Assembly: GCA_044892525.1 (NCBI GenBank)
Contig: CM097886.1
Location: 28,396,001-28,460,000, forward strand
Source: Schmidtea polychroa
Lineage: Eukaryota
DNA: 64,000 bases
Direction: 5' to 3'
Shown: positions 14,379 through 27,569 of the stretch, in pieces
Position numbering within the stretch: position 1 is the stretch's first letter
Layout: each line of letters opens with the position of its first letter
The notes under the pieces: generated by a model
The model's input: only the letters and a program-made list of their open reading frames with translations
Databases searched by the model: none
What the model was told of the DNA's origin: nothing
Position numbers and translations under genes: made by a program

Positions 14379-16405
14379 AAACACACGCACTAATATATAT
14401 AAACATTACATAAATAAAAATATTACCTCCAAAACATAATATTAGCCAACACAAAAATAATAAACACAAAATAAATTAATATGAAACAAAAGCCAGAATT
14501 ACATAAAATTCACTCAAAACACAACATAGATACATAACAAAAGTAGTCAAATTTGAATTATTGGCTATAAGGTAAGATATGAATGGAAATTAGAAAGATT
14601 TCCACAAAATAACATTAGAAAATGAAGTAGGAATAAAAAATTTACAACAAAAATGAATAGAAAACTAAAATATTTTATAAAAATAGAGAAATCCATCATG
14701 GCTGCCAAGTAGCTAATGAAAATTAACTAAAAGAATAAAATTTAAGAATTAAATTAACCAAAAAATAACCGAAATAACATAAGAATAAAAATAAATATGA
14801 ATTAGCTAATAAAATCTATAAAACCACATAGAATAATCAAGAAACGCCCATTTCCACCATAGCGGCGAAAATAATTAAAAACAAATAAAATATAAAAAAT
14901 TAGAAAAATAAAATAAATAATAATTTATGAAAACTCGTTATCAAAATTGATAAAATTCAAATTCAAAATTAAGTAGAATTAAAATAATTCAAATTAGTTT
15001 TACTGAAACAGTAAAACATTGATTATAGATTATTGATAAAATAATTAATACTTAAACACACGCACTAATATATATAAACATTACATAAATAAAAATATTA
15101 CCTCCAAAACATAATATTAGCCAACACAAAAATAATAAACACAAAATAAATTAATATGAAACAAAAGCCAGAATTACATAAAATTCACTCAAAACACAAC
15201 ATAGATACATAACAAAAGTAGTCAAATTTGAATTATTGGCTATAAGGTAAGATATGAATGGAAATTAGAAAGATTTCCACAAAATAACATTAGAAAATGA
15301 AGTAGGAATAAAAAATTTACAACAAAAATGAATAGAAAACTAAAATATTTTATAAAAATAGAGAAATCCATCATGGCTGCCAAGTAGCTAATGAAAATTA
15401 ACTAAAAGAATAAAATTTAAGAATTAAATTAACCAAAAAATAACCGAAATAACATAAGAATAAAAATAAATATGAATTAGCTAATAAAATCTATAAAACC
15501 ACATAGAATAATCAAGAAACGCCCATTTCCACCATAGCGGCGAAAGTAATTAAAAACAAATAAAATATAAAAAATTAGAAAAATAAAATAAATAATAATT
15601 TATGAAAACTCGTTATCAAAATTGATAAAATTCAAATTCAAAATTAAGTAGAATTAAAATAATTCAAATTAGTTTTACTGAAACAGTAAAACATTGATTA
15701 TAGATTATTGATAAAATAATTAATACTTAAACACACGCACTAATATATATAAACATTACATAAATAAAAATATTACCTCCAAAACATAATATTAGCCAAC
15801 ACAAAAATAATAAACACAAAATAAATTAATATGAAACAAAAGCCAGAATTACATAAAATTCACTCAAAACACAACATAGATACATAACAAAAGTAGTCAA
15901 ATTTGAATTATTGGCTATAAGGTAAGATATGAATGGAAATTAGAAAGATTTCCACAAAATAACATTAGAAAATGAAGTAGGAATAAAAAATTTACAACAA
16001 AAATGAATAGAAAACTAAAATATTTTATAAAAATAGAGAAATCCATCATGGCTGCCAAGTAGCTAATGAAAATTAACTAAAAGAATAAAATTTAAGAATT
16101 AAATTAACCAAAAAATAACCGAAATAACATAAGAATAAAAATAAATATGAATTAGCTAATAAAATCTATAAAACCACATAGAATAATCAAGAAACGCCCA
16201 TTTCCACCATAGCGGCGAAAGTAATTAAAAACAAATAAAATATAAAAAATTAGAAAAATAAAATAAATAATAATTTATGAAAACTCGTTATCAAAATTGA
16301 TAAAATTCAAATTCAAAATTAAGTAGAATTAAAATAATTCAAATTAGTTTTACTGAAACAGTAAAACATTGATTATAGATTATTGATAAAATAATTAATA
16401 CTTAA
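14379..16405 (+). repeat. Three tandem copies of a 675-bp unit related to the 5' (U3) part of the giant LTRs
   Basis: ACACACGCAC recurs at 14381, 15056 and 15731; near-identical copies; shares GAAATCCATCATG and GAATTAAAATAAT..AATT.GTTTTACTG with 37870-38190. Confidence 0.95.
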
Positions 16406-17278
16406 CAAGAATTATTAGTCGACTGATCGATAAATATGTAAAGAACGATGGAAATGTTTATTTTATATTATATTCTATTATATTACCTTCTTTCATACGT
16501 GGTGAGGTATGGTGTAGTATGTGGAAATGAAAATAATAATCGCAGTAGCTCAAGGGTATGCATTGACTGAGGAGGACAGATCCCTGTAAAATTTTCCAAT
16601 CCATCTTAACATTCAATTTAAGGGGAAGTATTAATCAAAGTATAGAAGATCACCGATAAAATTTTCGAAAGCTAATTGTGACCGGAGTTGTGAAGAAATG
16701 GGATGATGCGATAAGGACGAAGCAGTTCGGGCATGGAACCAGGGTTATAAAATAACCTAGGCGATCACCGAATGGAGCGTGCATTCATTAAATTTATGAG
16801 AAATATATTCTTTGTCAAGCTACCAACAACCCGAAACTCTTTACTTTAATTTACTGTCATTTTTATGGCGACTGTAAAAATCATGTTTGATGACCGATTC
16901 TTTTGGACACAAGCGAGCACTAATCGCTATGAAAATCGTTGCATTCCTTCATGGAGAACCCACAATGAAATTAAAAATCAACTGACGATGCCAAATCTTT
17001 CGATAGATACCGAATCCATAAGATAGTTATCAGATTCGGGAAAAGTTCTCCAGGAAAATTGGTGCTATTATCTCTGATATAATTTGTAATAGATTAAAAA
17101 AAACCAAAGATCAATATTATGGAAACAGAAAAAACATCCTGTGAAGGTATTTCGAATGAATCAGCCTGTACAAAAGCTGCGTATATTTCAACCAAAAAAA
17201 ATCTCAAATCTCTTTATATTTAATAGTTGTTTATAAAATATAATTGATTTTCAATGAAAGCAAAATTGAATGCAATAA

Positions 17279-19984
17279 ATGCTCAAACCTACTGATAATG
17301 TCCATCCGGATCATATACGAAATTCATTGTTTTTATGCGTTCGCAGCGTAAGACAAATGACCGAACAGTTGGTAACAATTGTGGCTTCATTGAATGATGG
17401 GACAAATAATGACAGTTATAAATCAAAACTAAATAAAATTCCAGATTTACGGAATTATTCCAATATTATGGAAATAGCTAAAACGTCCTGTGAAGATATT
17501 TCCAGTGAATCAGCCCGTACAAAAGCTGGATACAATTCAACGGAAGTATTCTCGCGAAATGATACATATTCTTCTCGACTGACAAATAACCACCCTCAAT
17601 GGAATAACCTCAATGACCTAATCTTTAATAGCAGTTGTGATTCAAATACTCAAAGTTCTTGTCCAAGGATACATAAACCATACTCAACTCCATCTTCATC
17701 CGATACTGAAAATAACGACCTTTTGGGTAATGTTCACTCTAAGACATTTAAAAATGATGAAAATATTGAAAATAAACATTATACAACCCCAAACAAGTTT
17801 ACTCAAACTTCATTAATTAAGTCATTGAATCGCAAATATTCCGAAGTTCAATCCAACTCACCACCCGACAAAATTAATAAAAAGCTTGATTTCCATTCGA
17901 CGCAAAACATACAAACTGACTCACCAATCGAATCGAATATATTTCCAACTTCCACCAATGGGAAACACGGAAAATCATGGCACGGTGAAAATATATCCAC
18001 AAAATTGAGAAATGGATTTAAAAATTCCAATAATGAAGATTTGGATGTTTGCCCAATAATAAGATCAAAAAGTAATGATCAAATAAAAGTAAACCGAGAA
18101 CTCTTATCGGATCTTAGTGATAATCTCAATTTATATACCAATAAAGATCCGAAAAAATATTATGTATATAACAATCGGGATTTAACGAAAACCTTTAAAG
18201 TCTACACTAATACTCCCGATAATTTCAACACAAGTGTTGAAGTTAACAAAACAGCCAACTTCAAAGATAAAATTCCAAACCCGAAAGAAATCCAGGCTGT
18301 GGAAAGCTGTTATTGTCGACCAACAACTCTTGGGAGAAGAAAGCCCAAAGCAAATACTAATGAAAATGAATCTATTTCAAAGATTGACATTGAATTAGAA
18401 GATCTTGATTCAAAGATTGGCGATAAATTTGAAGATTCCACTGTAAGTGTAGATTACACTCAGTTAAATAAAATTGAAGATCTTTCTTTCTATGAGGCTA
18501 TTAACATGATGAGTGATGCTGAACTTTCTGTTATCGATAAGACCATATCTAAAAAATCATCGGAATTCTCCGATTTTATGTCGGATATCAGCATGTACGA
18601 TTCTCAAATTGAAGTCACAAATGATACCTACGATTTTCTATATCTCTCTTCTTTGGAATATATTGAATCTGTATCAGAAATCACATCTCCATCGCTAAGC
18701 TTTGCTGAGTTTTCGGAAATTCTCTCGGCATTCTATGACGATGAATGTTATACAGATAGACTGGAAAATTCTGACAGTTTGCCAAGTATAAATTCAATTA
18801 AATCAGAAAGTGAAATGATGGAAAATGAAGACAAAATATCTTCAAATAAAATCTCACGAAAGAAATATCCGAGAAAAATTCTGTCAACAAAAACAATTTC
18901 TCAATTATCACAAACAAACAATTTCAAGTATAAAACTATTAATACTACTAATTGTGTTATAAAAAATAGAAATAATTGTTTTGATAATTGTTTTAATATC
19001 CCTTTTCAAGACAGTTCGGATAATGAGTTATCTTCAATGAAAGACATCAGTACGTTATCTGCAGAATCTGTGAACCGTGCAGGCGAAATTCGACCAAATT
19101 CTTGTAACATTACACAAGTATCCATTGAAAAGTCTGAAAGTAGGTTGGACCTTGAAGTAATAATTCCTTCAAATATGAACAAAACAAACTCTAATACTGT
19201 AAACAAAGGATTTAGGGAAGTCGAAAGGCCGGCTGCCAAATCACGAGCTCGAACTGTTGGTTTTGATAGAAGAATGTATTCAGTGGAATCAAGCAAAGAA
19301 AGGAAAAATAAAATAAATAATAATAAAGAAAACATAATAGATTACGACGAATTAAAACAATTTACCAATTACGCGTTTACATCATGGGTTGAAGACTGCT
19401 TTAGTTTTTCAGATTGCTTAACCATTGCTAAAAAGACCCTTAATGACAATACAGTGGACTTAAACAACAATGACTCGGAATTATATGAAATAATTGGCAT
19501 TGATTATGATACGTCAAAACAACACAACACCGAAATGACAGACTCAAATCAACCAAAAAGCTTTTTTAAAACCTACAAAAATAATTCCCATTCAACTTCC
19601 AAATCAGAAAGTGTTTTCCTACAACCAAGTCTACCAACATTCACCAAATTCACTACAATGAGCAAGTCTAAATCCCCAAATCTCCACATAGACGAAATTA
19701 ACATTTCAGAAAAAGACGATAAAAAACTAAACAAATACCACTCGTGTGACAATGTAAATTTAAGTGCCCATCTCAGCTGTTTCAATGAAGAATTAAAACA
19801 AATAGAAACCTTTAAAGGAATTTCACAGAAAACCATTACCAAAAGAAAGAAAGTAAAACATAAAAAATCCAAAGCACAGTATATTCCATCAGAATTTGTA
19901 TTCTACCGAGAGAAAAAAAGAAAAAAAAGTAAAAATTGTCCACAATCAGATAGCATTATTGAATGCTTTTTGGATTACTTTTGA
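17279..19984 (+). CDS. Hypothetical 901-aa S/N/K-rich, probably disordered protein, intronless
   Basis: 2.7-kb open frame in AT-rich DNA; no motif recognised. Confidence 0.6.
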   Translation: MLKPTDNVHPDHIRNSLFLCVRSVRQMTEQLVTIVASLNDGTNNDSYKSKLNKIPDLRNYSNIMEIAKTSCEDISSESARTKAGYNSTEVFSRNDTYSSRLTNNHPQWNNLNDLIFNSSCDSNTQSSCPRIHKPYSTPSSSDTENNDLLGNVHSKTFKNDENIENKHYTTPNKFTQTSLIKSLNRKYSEVQSNSPPDKINKKLDFHSTQNIQTDSPIESNIFPTSTNGKHGKSWHGENISTKLRNGFKNSNNEDLDVCPIIRSKSNDQIKVNRELLSDLSDNLNLYTNKDPKKYYVYNNRDLTKTFKVYTNTPDNFNTSVEVNKTANFKDKIPNPKEIQAVESCYCRPTTLGRRKPKANTNENESISKIDIELEDLDSKIGDKFEDSTVSVDYTQLNKIEDLSFYEAINMMSDAELSVIDKTISKKSSEFSDFMSDISMYDSQIEVTNDTYDFLYLSSLEYIESVSEITSPSLSFAEFSEILSAFYDDECYTDRLENSDSLPSINSIKSESEMMENEDKISSNKISRKKYPRKILSTKTISQLSQTNNFKYKTINTTNCVIKNRNNCFDNCFNIPFQDSSDNELSSMKDISTLSAESVNRAGEIRPNSCNITQVSIEKSESRLDLEVIIPSNMNKTNSNTVNKGFREVERPAAKSRARTVGFDRRMYSVESSKERKNKINNNKENIIDYDELKQFTNYAFTSWVEDCFSFSDCLTIAKKTLNDNTVDLNNNDSELYEIIGIDYDTSKQHNTEMTDSNQPKSFFKTYKNNSHSTSKSESVFLQPSLPTFTKFTTMSKSKSPNLHIDEINISEKDDKKLNKYHSCDNVNLSAHLSCFNEELKQIETFKGISQKTITKRKKVKHKKSKAQYIPSEFVFYREKKRKKSKNCPQSDSIIECFLDYF

Positions 19985-20639
19985 AAGAAAAATAATAAAA
20001 AATATTTGTGATGTTTTTCTGAAACAAAAACGAATGAAAATAGATAATGATACCAGTTAGAAATGTCATAGAACGTTATGACGAAGCCAATAAATTTTAC
20101 ATTTGTTTTTTTACTAATCAGTATGAAAACTATTATTAAAACAAATTATCCTAATTTTTTATTGGTTTCTTAAATTTTTTTTTGAAAACGTATCCTAACT
20201 AACCATAAATGCGTTGTAGATATAATTTATCACGTGTTGGGTTACTGGTAAGTTTTAATTAAGGTTGGCTTGTTTTAAAAAAAATTACTTGATGAATTCT
20301 GGGATGGGGGGGGGTCAACTGTAATTTAAATCTTTAAATTATTAAGAAATGTTAACAAATCCAATGCTTGCTAGATGATGCAGTATACGCGTGGACTGAC
20401 TGGATATATAGTCGGGTTCGATCCTGGGCATTTGGATTTGATATATGTAGCTGGAAATAAATGCGAAGGTTACTGGAACCAATGAAGACGCTTAGAGGAT
20501 CTTAGGGAAAGTTAATGATTTTTCTAGCGTATTATCATATCTCGACTTGTATAATGACCAACTTTTCTATCCAATGGTGACTCACATCCGAGTAATTTAT
20601 TAAAAATTAGTAAAACATTATATAGTAAAAATTATATAT

Positions 20640-22950
20640 ATGCTTGCATCAGTTATCCTTTCACTTTTCCCTTTTGTTGTTCACCATACACGCCAATCGC
20701 TAATTCCCTTTATTTTGTTTTCTCTTCGTGTTGAGGTATATCCTTCTTTTACCAATAAAAATGTGATTGGTTTCATTGTCTTTGTTGCACATGTTTTGGT
20801 TTACTTAACGCCTTATCGTTAAAACTTTCTTCTGGGCTCTCCCTCTGCACATATCGTCGTTATTAGATTTTTGGCCTTTGCTTTTATAGTGTCATGTCGC
20901 TACAATTTCTCTTTACTGATCTTTGCACATCTAGAGTCTCCATGGCTTTCTTCCATGGCTTTGCCTAACGTCTTATCACTACAATTTTTCTTTTCTATTC
21001 TTTAAAATGTTATCACGATGAGATCTTTCATCTATCCGTGTTTGGTTTTATCGTTTCCTTTTTAGCTTGTTTTCGTGCTCTTTTATCTTTATTCTTATAT
21101 GCGCCCTACCCTATTTATAGATTTTATTTCCTCCTCTCTTTCATCTCATAACCCTACAGATTAACACAATATACTTGTTTACTATGTACACATCATATTG
21201 TTGGGTTATTGAGTTGGTGATAAATTTAAATGTTACTCTGACTCCAAGCGTGTCTTTGACTGATCCATAAATAACACTTGACATCAGAAATCTTTATTGA
21301 TAATCACAAATAATTTTCAATTTACACTGACAATGAATTCAACACTCTGCTTGGTGACTATACAGTGCTTATTACAACACTCGGTGAGGAATAGCACTTG
21401 CGTATAACACAGGATTAAAAGATCACGAATTACTGATTGGTTTATCAACTGGGACTTTGAGCTGGTTGTTTTCTTTGACCTTCTTCACAAATTTATTCAA
21501 ATACTCAAGTAACTTCTTTTCGTTTAATTTTCAACTAAATCTTTTTTTCAAATCTTCTCCAACAATTATTCTTCACAATTATTTTCTTTACAAATCTTTT
21601 TCACAATCGTTTCTCCAATAACGTTTCGTTCGACGTTGTCTAAATTTTCCCCAATAATTTTATCTCTCAGATTATCTCTCAAATTGTCTCCCAAATTTTC
21701 TCACAATTGTCTCAATTTTTTTTCCCATTTTTCCAAATTTTGTTCTGATTTCGTGTCCACCAGTTTTCCTTTATATAGTTATTTTGTTTATGGCACTGGC
21801 GACATATTTTGTTTTCTCATTTCCATTTTCTTCTGCGTTCCCCGCTATGTCAGCCTTATCTCTGACAGATGTCGAGATATTTTGCCTTTTCCCTTTGTTG
21901 TTTAACCGCCTTATTCCAGTAATTCTGTTGTCACTGGCAAGCTGTCGAGATAAGGATATTTTTGTTTTCCTTTTTCCCCGATTTCAAAATTCCTTTTCCT
22001 TTTTGTACTAATTAATTAGCACTAACCTTGGTTTCTATTTTCATGTTTGATTCCTTTTGTTTCCTTTTTCTTCCTCATTTCTCATTTCTTTTTGCTTCCG
22101 CTTTCTTTTCTGAGTTCCCATATATCGTCCCGTTTGTCATGGCGTTCTTCCCCCAGGTAATTTTATTTATTTCTTTATAAATTGTTATTTAGGCATCCTC
22201 AACAATATCATCACATCATGGTTTTCGTGGGGGAATATTGGCCTGGTGACCTCTTTTGAGTTTGTCGCACGCAGCCCTATCCAGACGCTTTTTCTTATTC
22301 GGACCCACTGGTAGCAGTTACTAGTAAATTACAACTAACTCTTCAGTGACCGGTTTAATCTGTCCCGCCAGTTCTTGGTCCACTCATTCTAGTTGAGCTG
22401 GGTCTCGAATTTTGTCGATTTACCTTCTCAGCCGCCTTTCACCCTAACCAGACATACTCACACACATGCATACACACCGCATACTCCATCATCTGTATCC
22501 ATGCACGCACCTAAATGTAAATCGTGGTCTGATAAACTTTATTAATTAAATTGGAGTTAAAAATTTGGTTTGGCTACCTCTGAATTCCTTAGCATCGACG
22601 GTGTCTGTAACCCAAAAATAAATTCGAAGTGGTTGGGCATGGGTTTTACTATCCTGACCATCTGTCCTATACTAGCCATCGGCCCATGTTACTATACAAA
22701 TTCCGATGCGGTTTATTTTTGTCTTTAAGTCCAAAAGTAAATTTCTACTAACATTTTAAAGTAAATATTTCTCTACCTTTTCAAATTTTGTTCATTAATG
22801 TACTTTAGTTCTTAATTTGTTTAGTGACTTTTATATAAAAATTTATTCAACTACACCTCGTTCTGTAATTTTAAAGTAATTATTTCCTTATCCTTTCACT
22901 TTTTGTTAATTAAGGTACTTTAATCCTTTATTTGTTTAAATTTTGTGAAT
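20640..22950 (-). mobile_element. Degenerate internal region of a related LTR element
   Basis: Purine-rich minus strand like 42900-53000; at 22340-22410 the minus strand has GAGACCCAG, GACCAAGAACTGG and GATTAAACCGG motifs also found in the 44980-45990 leader; frames are broken. Confidence 0.35.
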
Positions 22951-23979
22951 ATTTAAAAGTGTAATTTGTAAATTTGTTTACCTGTTTAATTACAGTGTAA
23001 AATTTTCTTTTTTTAGATTACATATGCCAAATTGCGGTGCTGGATGAGATACTAGGACCCTTAGGTTCACATCTCATCCTCACTTAGACTAAGGTGTTGG
23101 GGTCAGTATGTTTTTTCACTCAGATTTATGTCTTCAGAATCCACAAGAAAATCGCTATGGAAATTATTTCAACGATGATATCTATTCTCAACCTTGACGT
23201 ATAACGGATGGTTAATCTTTGCTGTAGTTGTTAAACCGATATAATGAAACGAACATATTTATTTTATAAAATAAAACATTGCTCTGAATTTTCGTTTTTT
23301 CGACGAATTGTCAAAATGTTTGGACCTTTGTTCTAAATGATGGTTGAATCAAGTTTTATTCCTCAATATTTTAATTAACTGATCTCATGAACCAAGCGGG
23401 TAAGCATGGATGAATTTATTTTTCAAAGCTTTGGGTAGTATTAGATGCTCGACCAATGTAATTAATCTAAAATTAATATTTACCCCTTTCCAGATCAATT
23501 TTAATTAGAACCAAATTATGTGTATAGGCATGTGGGGAAAACTTTTGTTCGTCAATCAATGGAGAAGGGTACTACTAAAAATAGAACATATGAAATCCTA
23601 GCGATATTATTGGGGGAAGATGTCGTTCTGTTTTAAAATCGATATTATAATACAAAATTGTTTCAAAAAGGCAAAACTTTGTAATAATGCTCCAGATTTA
23701 ATTGAAAGTGACGAACTTGCTTTGTATATAAATGAACTGGATTTTGATTTTAATGAATATTTGGAAATGGTTTAAATAAATTTGAACTGAACATTAGAAA
23801 ATGGTTTAAATAAATTTGCGAGCGTATATATGTATATGATGTATAAATAAATAAATGAATTATTACTAGTCAATATATAGGATGTATATTAAAAATAATT
23901 AAATTATTACTAAGTAGTCAATATAATGTCTTTTTTTCATAAATAAATACATAAATAAATTCTCTATTGAAATAAAATT

Positions 23980-24128
23980 TCGGTTATTGTCATGAATAAT
24001 GATAATAACCGAGTTTTCGGTTAATGTCACGTATGTGGATATTAAGCGAGTTTCGGTTATTATCACGACCCGCTTAATATCATGATTTTTTTTGGAACCG
24101 TAAGCATGATATTAAGCGGGTTCGCCTG
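23980..24128. mobile_element. Right end of a pogo/Tigger-like element
   Basis: Ends ...ATTAAGCGGGTTCGCCTG|TA with subterminal inverted repeat CCCGCTTAATATCATG (24069-24084, 24105-24120); left TIR not found. Confidence 0.4.
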
Positions 24129-26269
24129 TATACTTAAATGAATTACCGAATTAACAGTAGAATAAATAGTATTAATAGCATACATTAGTTAATTGGTAAG
24201 TTATGAAAAATGATAAATTTGGATCTTTTAGGTTTAATTTTTCTGTATATGTTCTTATAATGATACTGATATTAATATCTTGACTAATATTCAACCTGGG
24301 AAGGGCCGTAACTAAAAACATTTGTAATTAAAAAAATTTTAAGAGCTTATATATAACCTAAATTAGTAATTTTAATATTAGTACTGTTCGTAGTATAACT
24401 TGGGGGTATTTAGAATATGGTGGGTTACAGGTAGCCAGACATCTTACCCTTTCGTGCTGTTTCCAGCGTAACCCAGAAAACAAATGATGATCCTACCAAC
24501 TGATACCCGATGAGTGATCAAAGTTGATACTGTATCAAGTGGGTGAATGCTCGCAAAAAGTGAGCACACTACTTGCACTACAATTGTCGGGTAGTCTTTG
24601 GGTTCACGGATTATCGATAGAAGATGTACGTCCGATTTACTCTGGTCCCTTGACTATTGTTTTCCCAAATCATGCAATTTTCCCCTCAATCTCATCAAAC
24701 TAACATACATCACACCAGTGTCAAAGTATTATAATTTTATTTACAAGCTAATCATATTGTTCATTTATTGTTCACAAAGCGGTTTGAGTTGTGACGATCC
24801 TGATCCGACCGAAGGTCCGTGTTCAGCCATCCACAGTCGTTTCAATCGTTCTCTTCCGTCTCGCCCTAGCCGTTTGCGCTTAGACTTGGTTGTTTTGGCT
24901 GAGTGGATTTCGTCCAGCTCCGTAGACATTGGTCGGATGGCTGCCGTAACATGTTCATATATGGTTTTCTGATTCAGGCATGTCTCCATTGCACGCATTT
25001 GCAACTTCAGGGCGCGGATTTTGGCTTTGTCCTGAGCACTTTGGAGTTGCAATTTTTGGATTTTGTTCATACGCTTGTGCATGACTTCGGGGCGAAACCA
25101 AGTCCGTTCCATCTCTCGGCATCGCTCCTTGAACTTAGCTGACTTGAAGGCGCTCGACCTGTTGTTGGGCCTGTTCCCTGTCTTTTCGGAGGTTCTAGAA
25201 TAGTTTGTACACTAAATTACAAACATGATTAAGTGGGCTTCTTACATACTCTTCTTCTTCTCTGCGTGAGGGCATCATCAAACTCAAGTTTCTACGGATA
25301 CACAACGAATATTAAGCCCTTGAGTGCATTCTAAATCTCTGTATTCTAGCTTAAACAAATTTAATCGAATGCGAAGGCTTATGACAATATTGTTTATTAA
25401 TATTAAAGGTATTACAAATTATGAGATCACTATATTATAATTAAGAATGTAAATCACAAATTATTCGTCATACACACAGATAAGAGTGAACATTCACAAA
25501 TTATCGTTATTATTATTTCGTCGCAAAATCACGAATTTGTTTTTAACTTCGTGGAGTCGTCTTTCGGGGTCTGCAACGCCTTCTCCCTGGTACTGGCTCG
25601 ACTTCGGCCTCCTCGATGGGCCGACCGGCTTCGACCGCTTGGAGCTGGGCTTGGATTCGTCAGAGCTCATATTGTGTTGTGGTTATTGCACTGATGGCCC
25701 AATCCCGAGTTTCTACTAGCCGATTATTGTCCGGCTCGGTTTTGACCCTAGAAGGGGCATCGGGTTCGGGTCCACTACGAATTACAGGACCCCAATTGTC
25801 GAGATCCAGGCCCCGATTCTAATCATAAATTCTGTACGATATATATCGGGTGCGAAGTCGGGTGATCATCTCATCGTGTCGATCTTCTTCACTGCGAGTA
25901 CTGGATTGTGACATTTCTATATAGGATAAGAAAATTCAAGGGCACTGACGAATTTAGTTCTTGTTTTTAAATCCAAACGTCTTATTTAGAACTCCGACTA
26001 TGTCGTAGCATAAAGGATAGGTCGAATGGTAGACTATATTACACATAAATCTTAATTTATGTTAGAAATTAGATTACTTTTTATAGATCAAATTGAAAAT
26101 TTTATGGAATTACATCATGAATTTATATTATCATTAATTTAACCTTATCATTAATTTTATATTAAAATTCAAATTATACTTAAGTGGTAGAAAATTTAGA
26201 CATTAAATGGTAGTTAAATTAAGAATTTATCAAAATCATGTTTTATATTAGAAATCAAATTGTATTGAG

Positions 26270-26512
26270 ATGCTGTCAGCGAAAATTCAAAAGGAAATGG
26301 TATTGTTTGAAAATGGAGGAACACTTGGTGATTTTTTGCAAAGAGCGTATGATTTTCTAATGACAATCAAACCAACCAGTGTAGAGTCCGAACGTGCCTT
26401 TTCTGCGGCCGGACTTTTTGCAACGAAAATAAGAAGTCGTATGGGCGATGAAACTTTGGATGCACTATGCTTTCTTAAAAGTTATTTTAAAAATAACAAA
26501 GAATATGTATAA
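26270..26512 (+). pseudogene. hAT transposase C-terminal dimerisation-domain remnant
   Basis: LMTIKPTSVESERAFSAAGLFATKIRSRMGDETLDALCFLKSYF; followed by ATCCCGGGA subterminal-type repeats at 26681-26707. Confidence 0.85.
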
Positions 26513-27569
26513 TATTAATATGTATAATATTAATATGTATAAATATAATATTATAAAAATTTTTAAATACCTGTTCTTGAAATATATTAACATATTATTT
26601 TAACAAAATTAATCTCTTTCTTTTTCTATTAATTTGGTTAAAATAGTATGTTAATATATTTCAAGAACATGTATTTAAAAATCCCGGGACTAATCCCGGG
26701 ATCCCGGTAGAACAGATTAGACAATTAATGATGATTACATTATGGAGTTAATAATTATCACACCTTTGTTTTACTATAATAATAGTGTTCTTATTGAGAT
26801 CATTATTCGAATTGTAATTACTAAATCGTTGTTTATACTTCAGTCAAGGTTTACTCGTATAAAGAAAACTTAGTCTCGATGATCCAGTTGATCCACTTCA
26901 CCATGATTATTATATTATTATTATTGTTCATCTTATTTGACTTCTACATCAGCATGGACTATTCCAAATTCTTGATCTGGTAATGGTTCACGTTCCGGTG
27001 GCTATTTGCTGAATGCGCGTTAGACCGAAAGAGAGTACTCTATGAATTGAGAGTTGAGGGATATTTCCACTCAAGAATCAAACTATGATCGACAGTTTCC
27101 GATAGTTTCCAGTTGCAAGCTGCTGGCGTTCAATGGTAAGCCTAGTTGTGATGGATCCGGCGAGCATTATCCTTGATTTAGCAACCGGAAGATTTTTCAA
27201 GGCCAAAGTTTTCCTTGTATTGAAATGTATTGAAATGGGCCAACCACAAAAAATGAGCAGTTCGGAATGACCAATCCTATACTTCTCTATTGTGATTTTC
27301 TAAGCAACAGGCTGAAATAAAGTTATATGTACATTCTCTAGTCTTGATTTAGTTGTTTATTTTTATCTCACGCATAGTGCTTAGTTGTAATTTAAGCTAT
27401 CAATATTGGTACCGTATTTGACCCTCATATTATCGGGGGCGGGGGTTTACAAAAATATTAATTTCTACTTGTATATTGAATGCAAGCTGAGAATGTATAA
27501 AAGGTGGAATTAAATCAATCAGCTAATGGTCAGTTCATAAGATTTGAGGATGGTTTAAGAAATTTCAGA

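Noticed and set aside
20380-20425. tRNA gene or SINE (GGTTCGATCC B-box)
   Set aside because: No cloverleaf and only a weak A-box.
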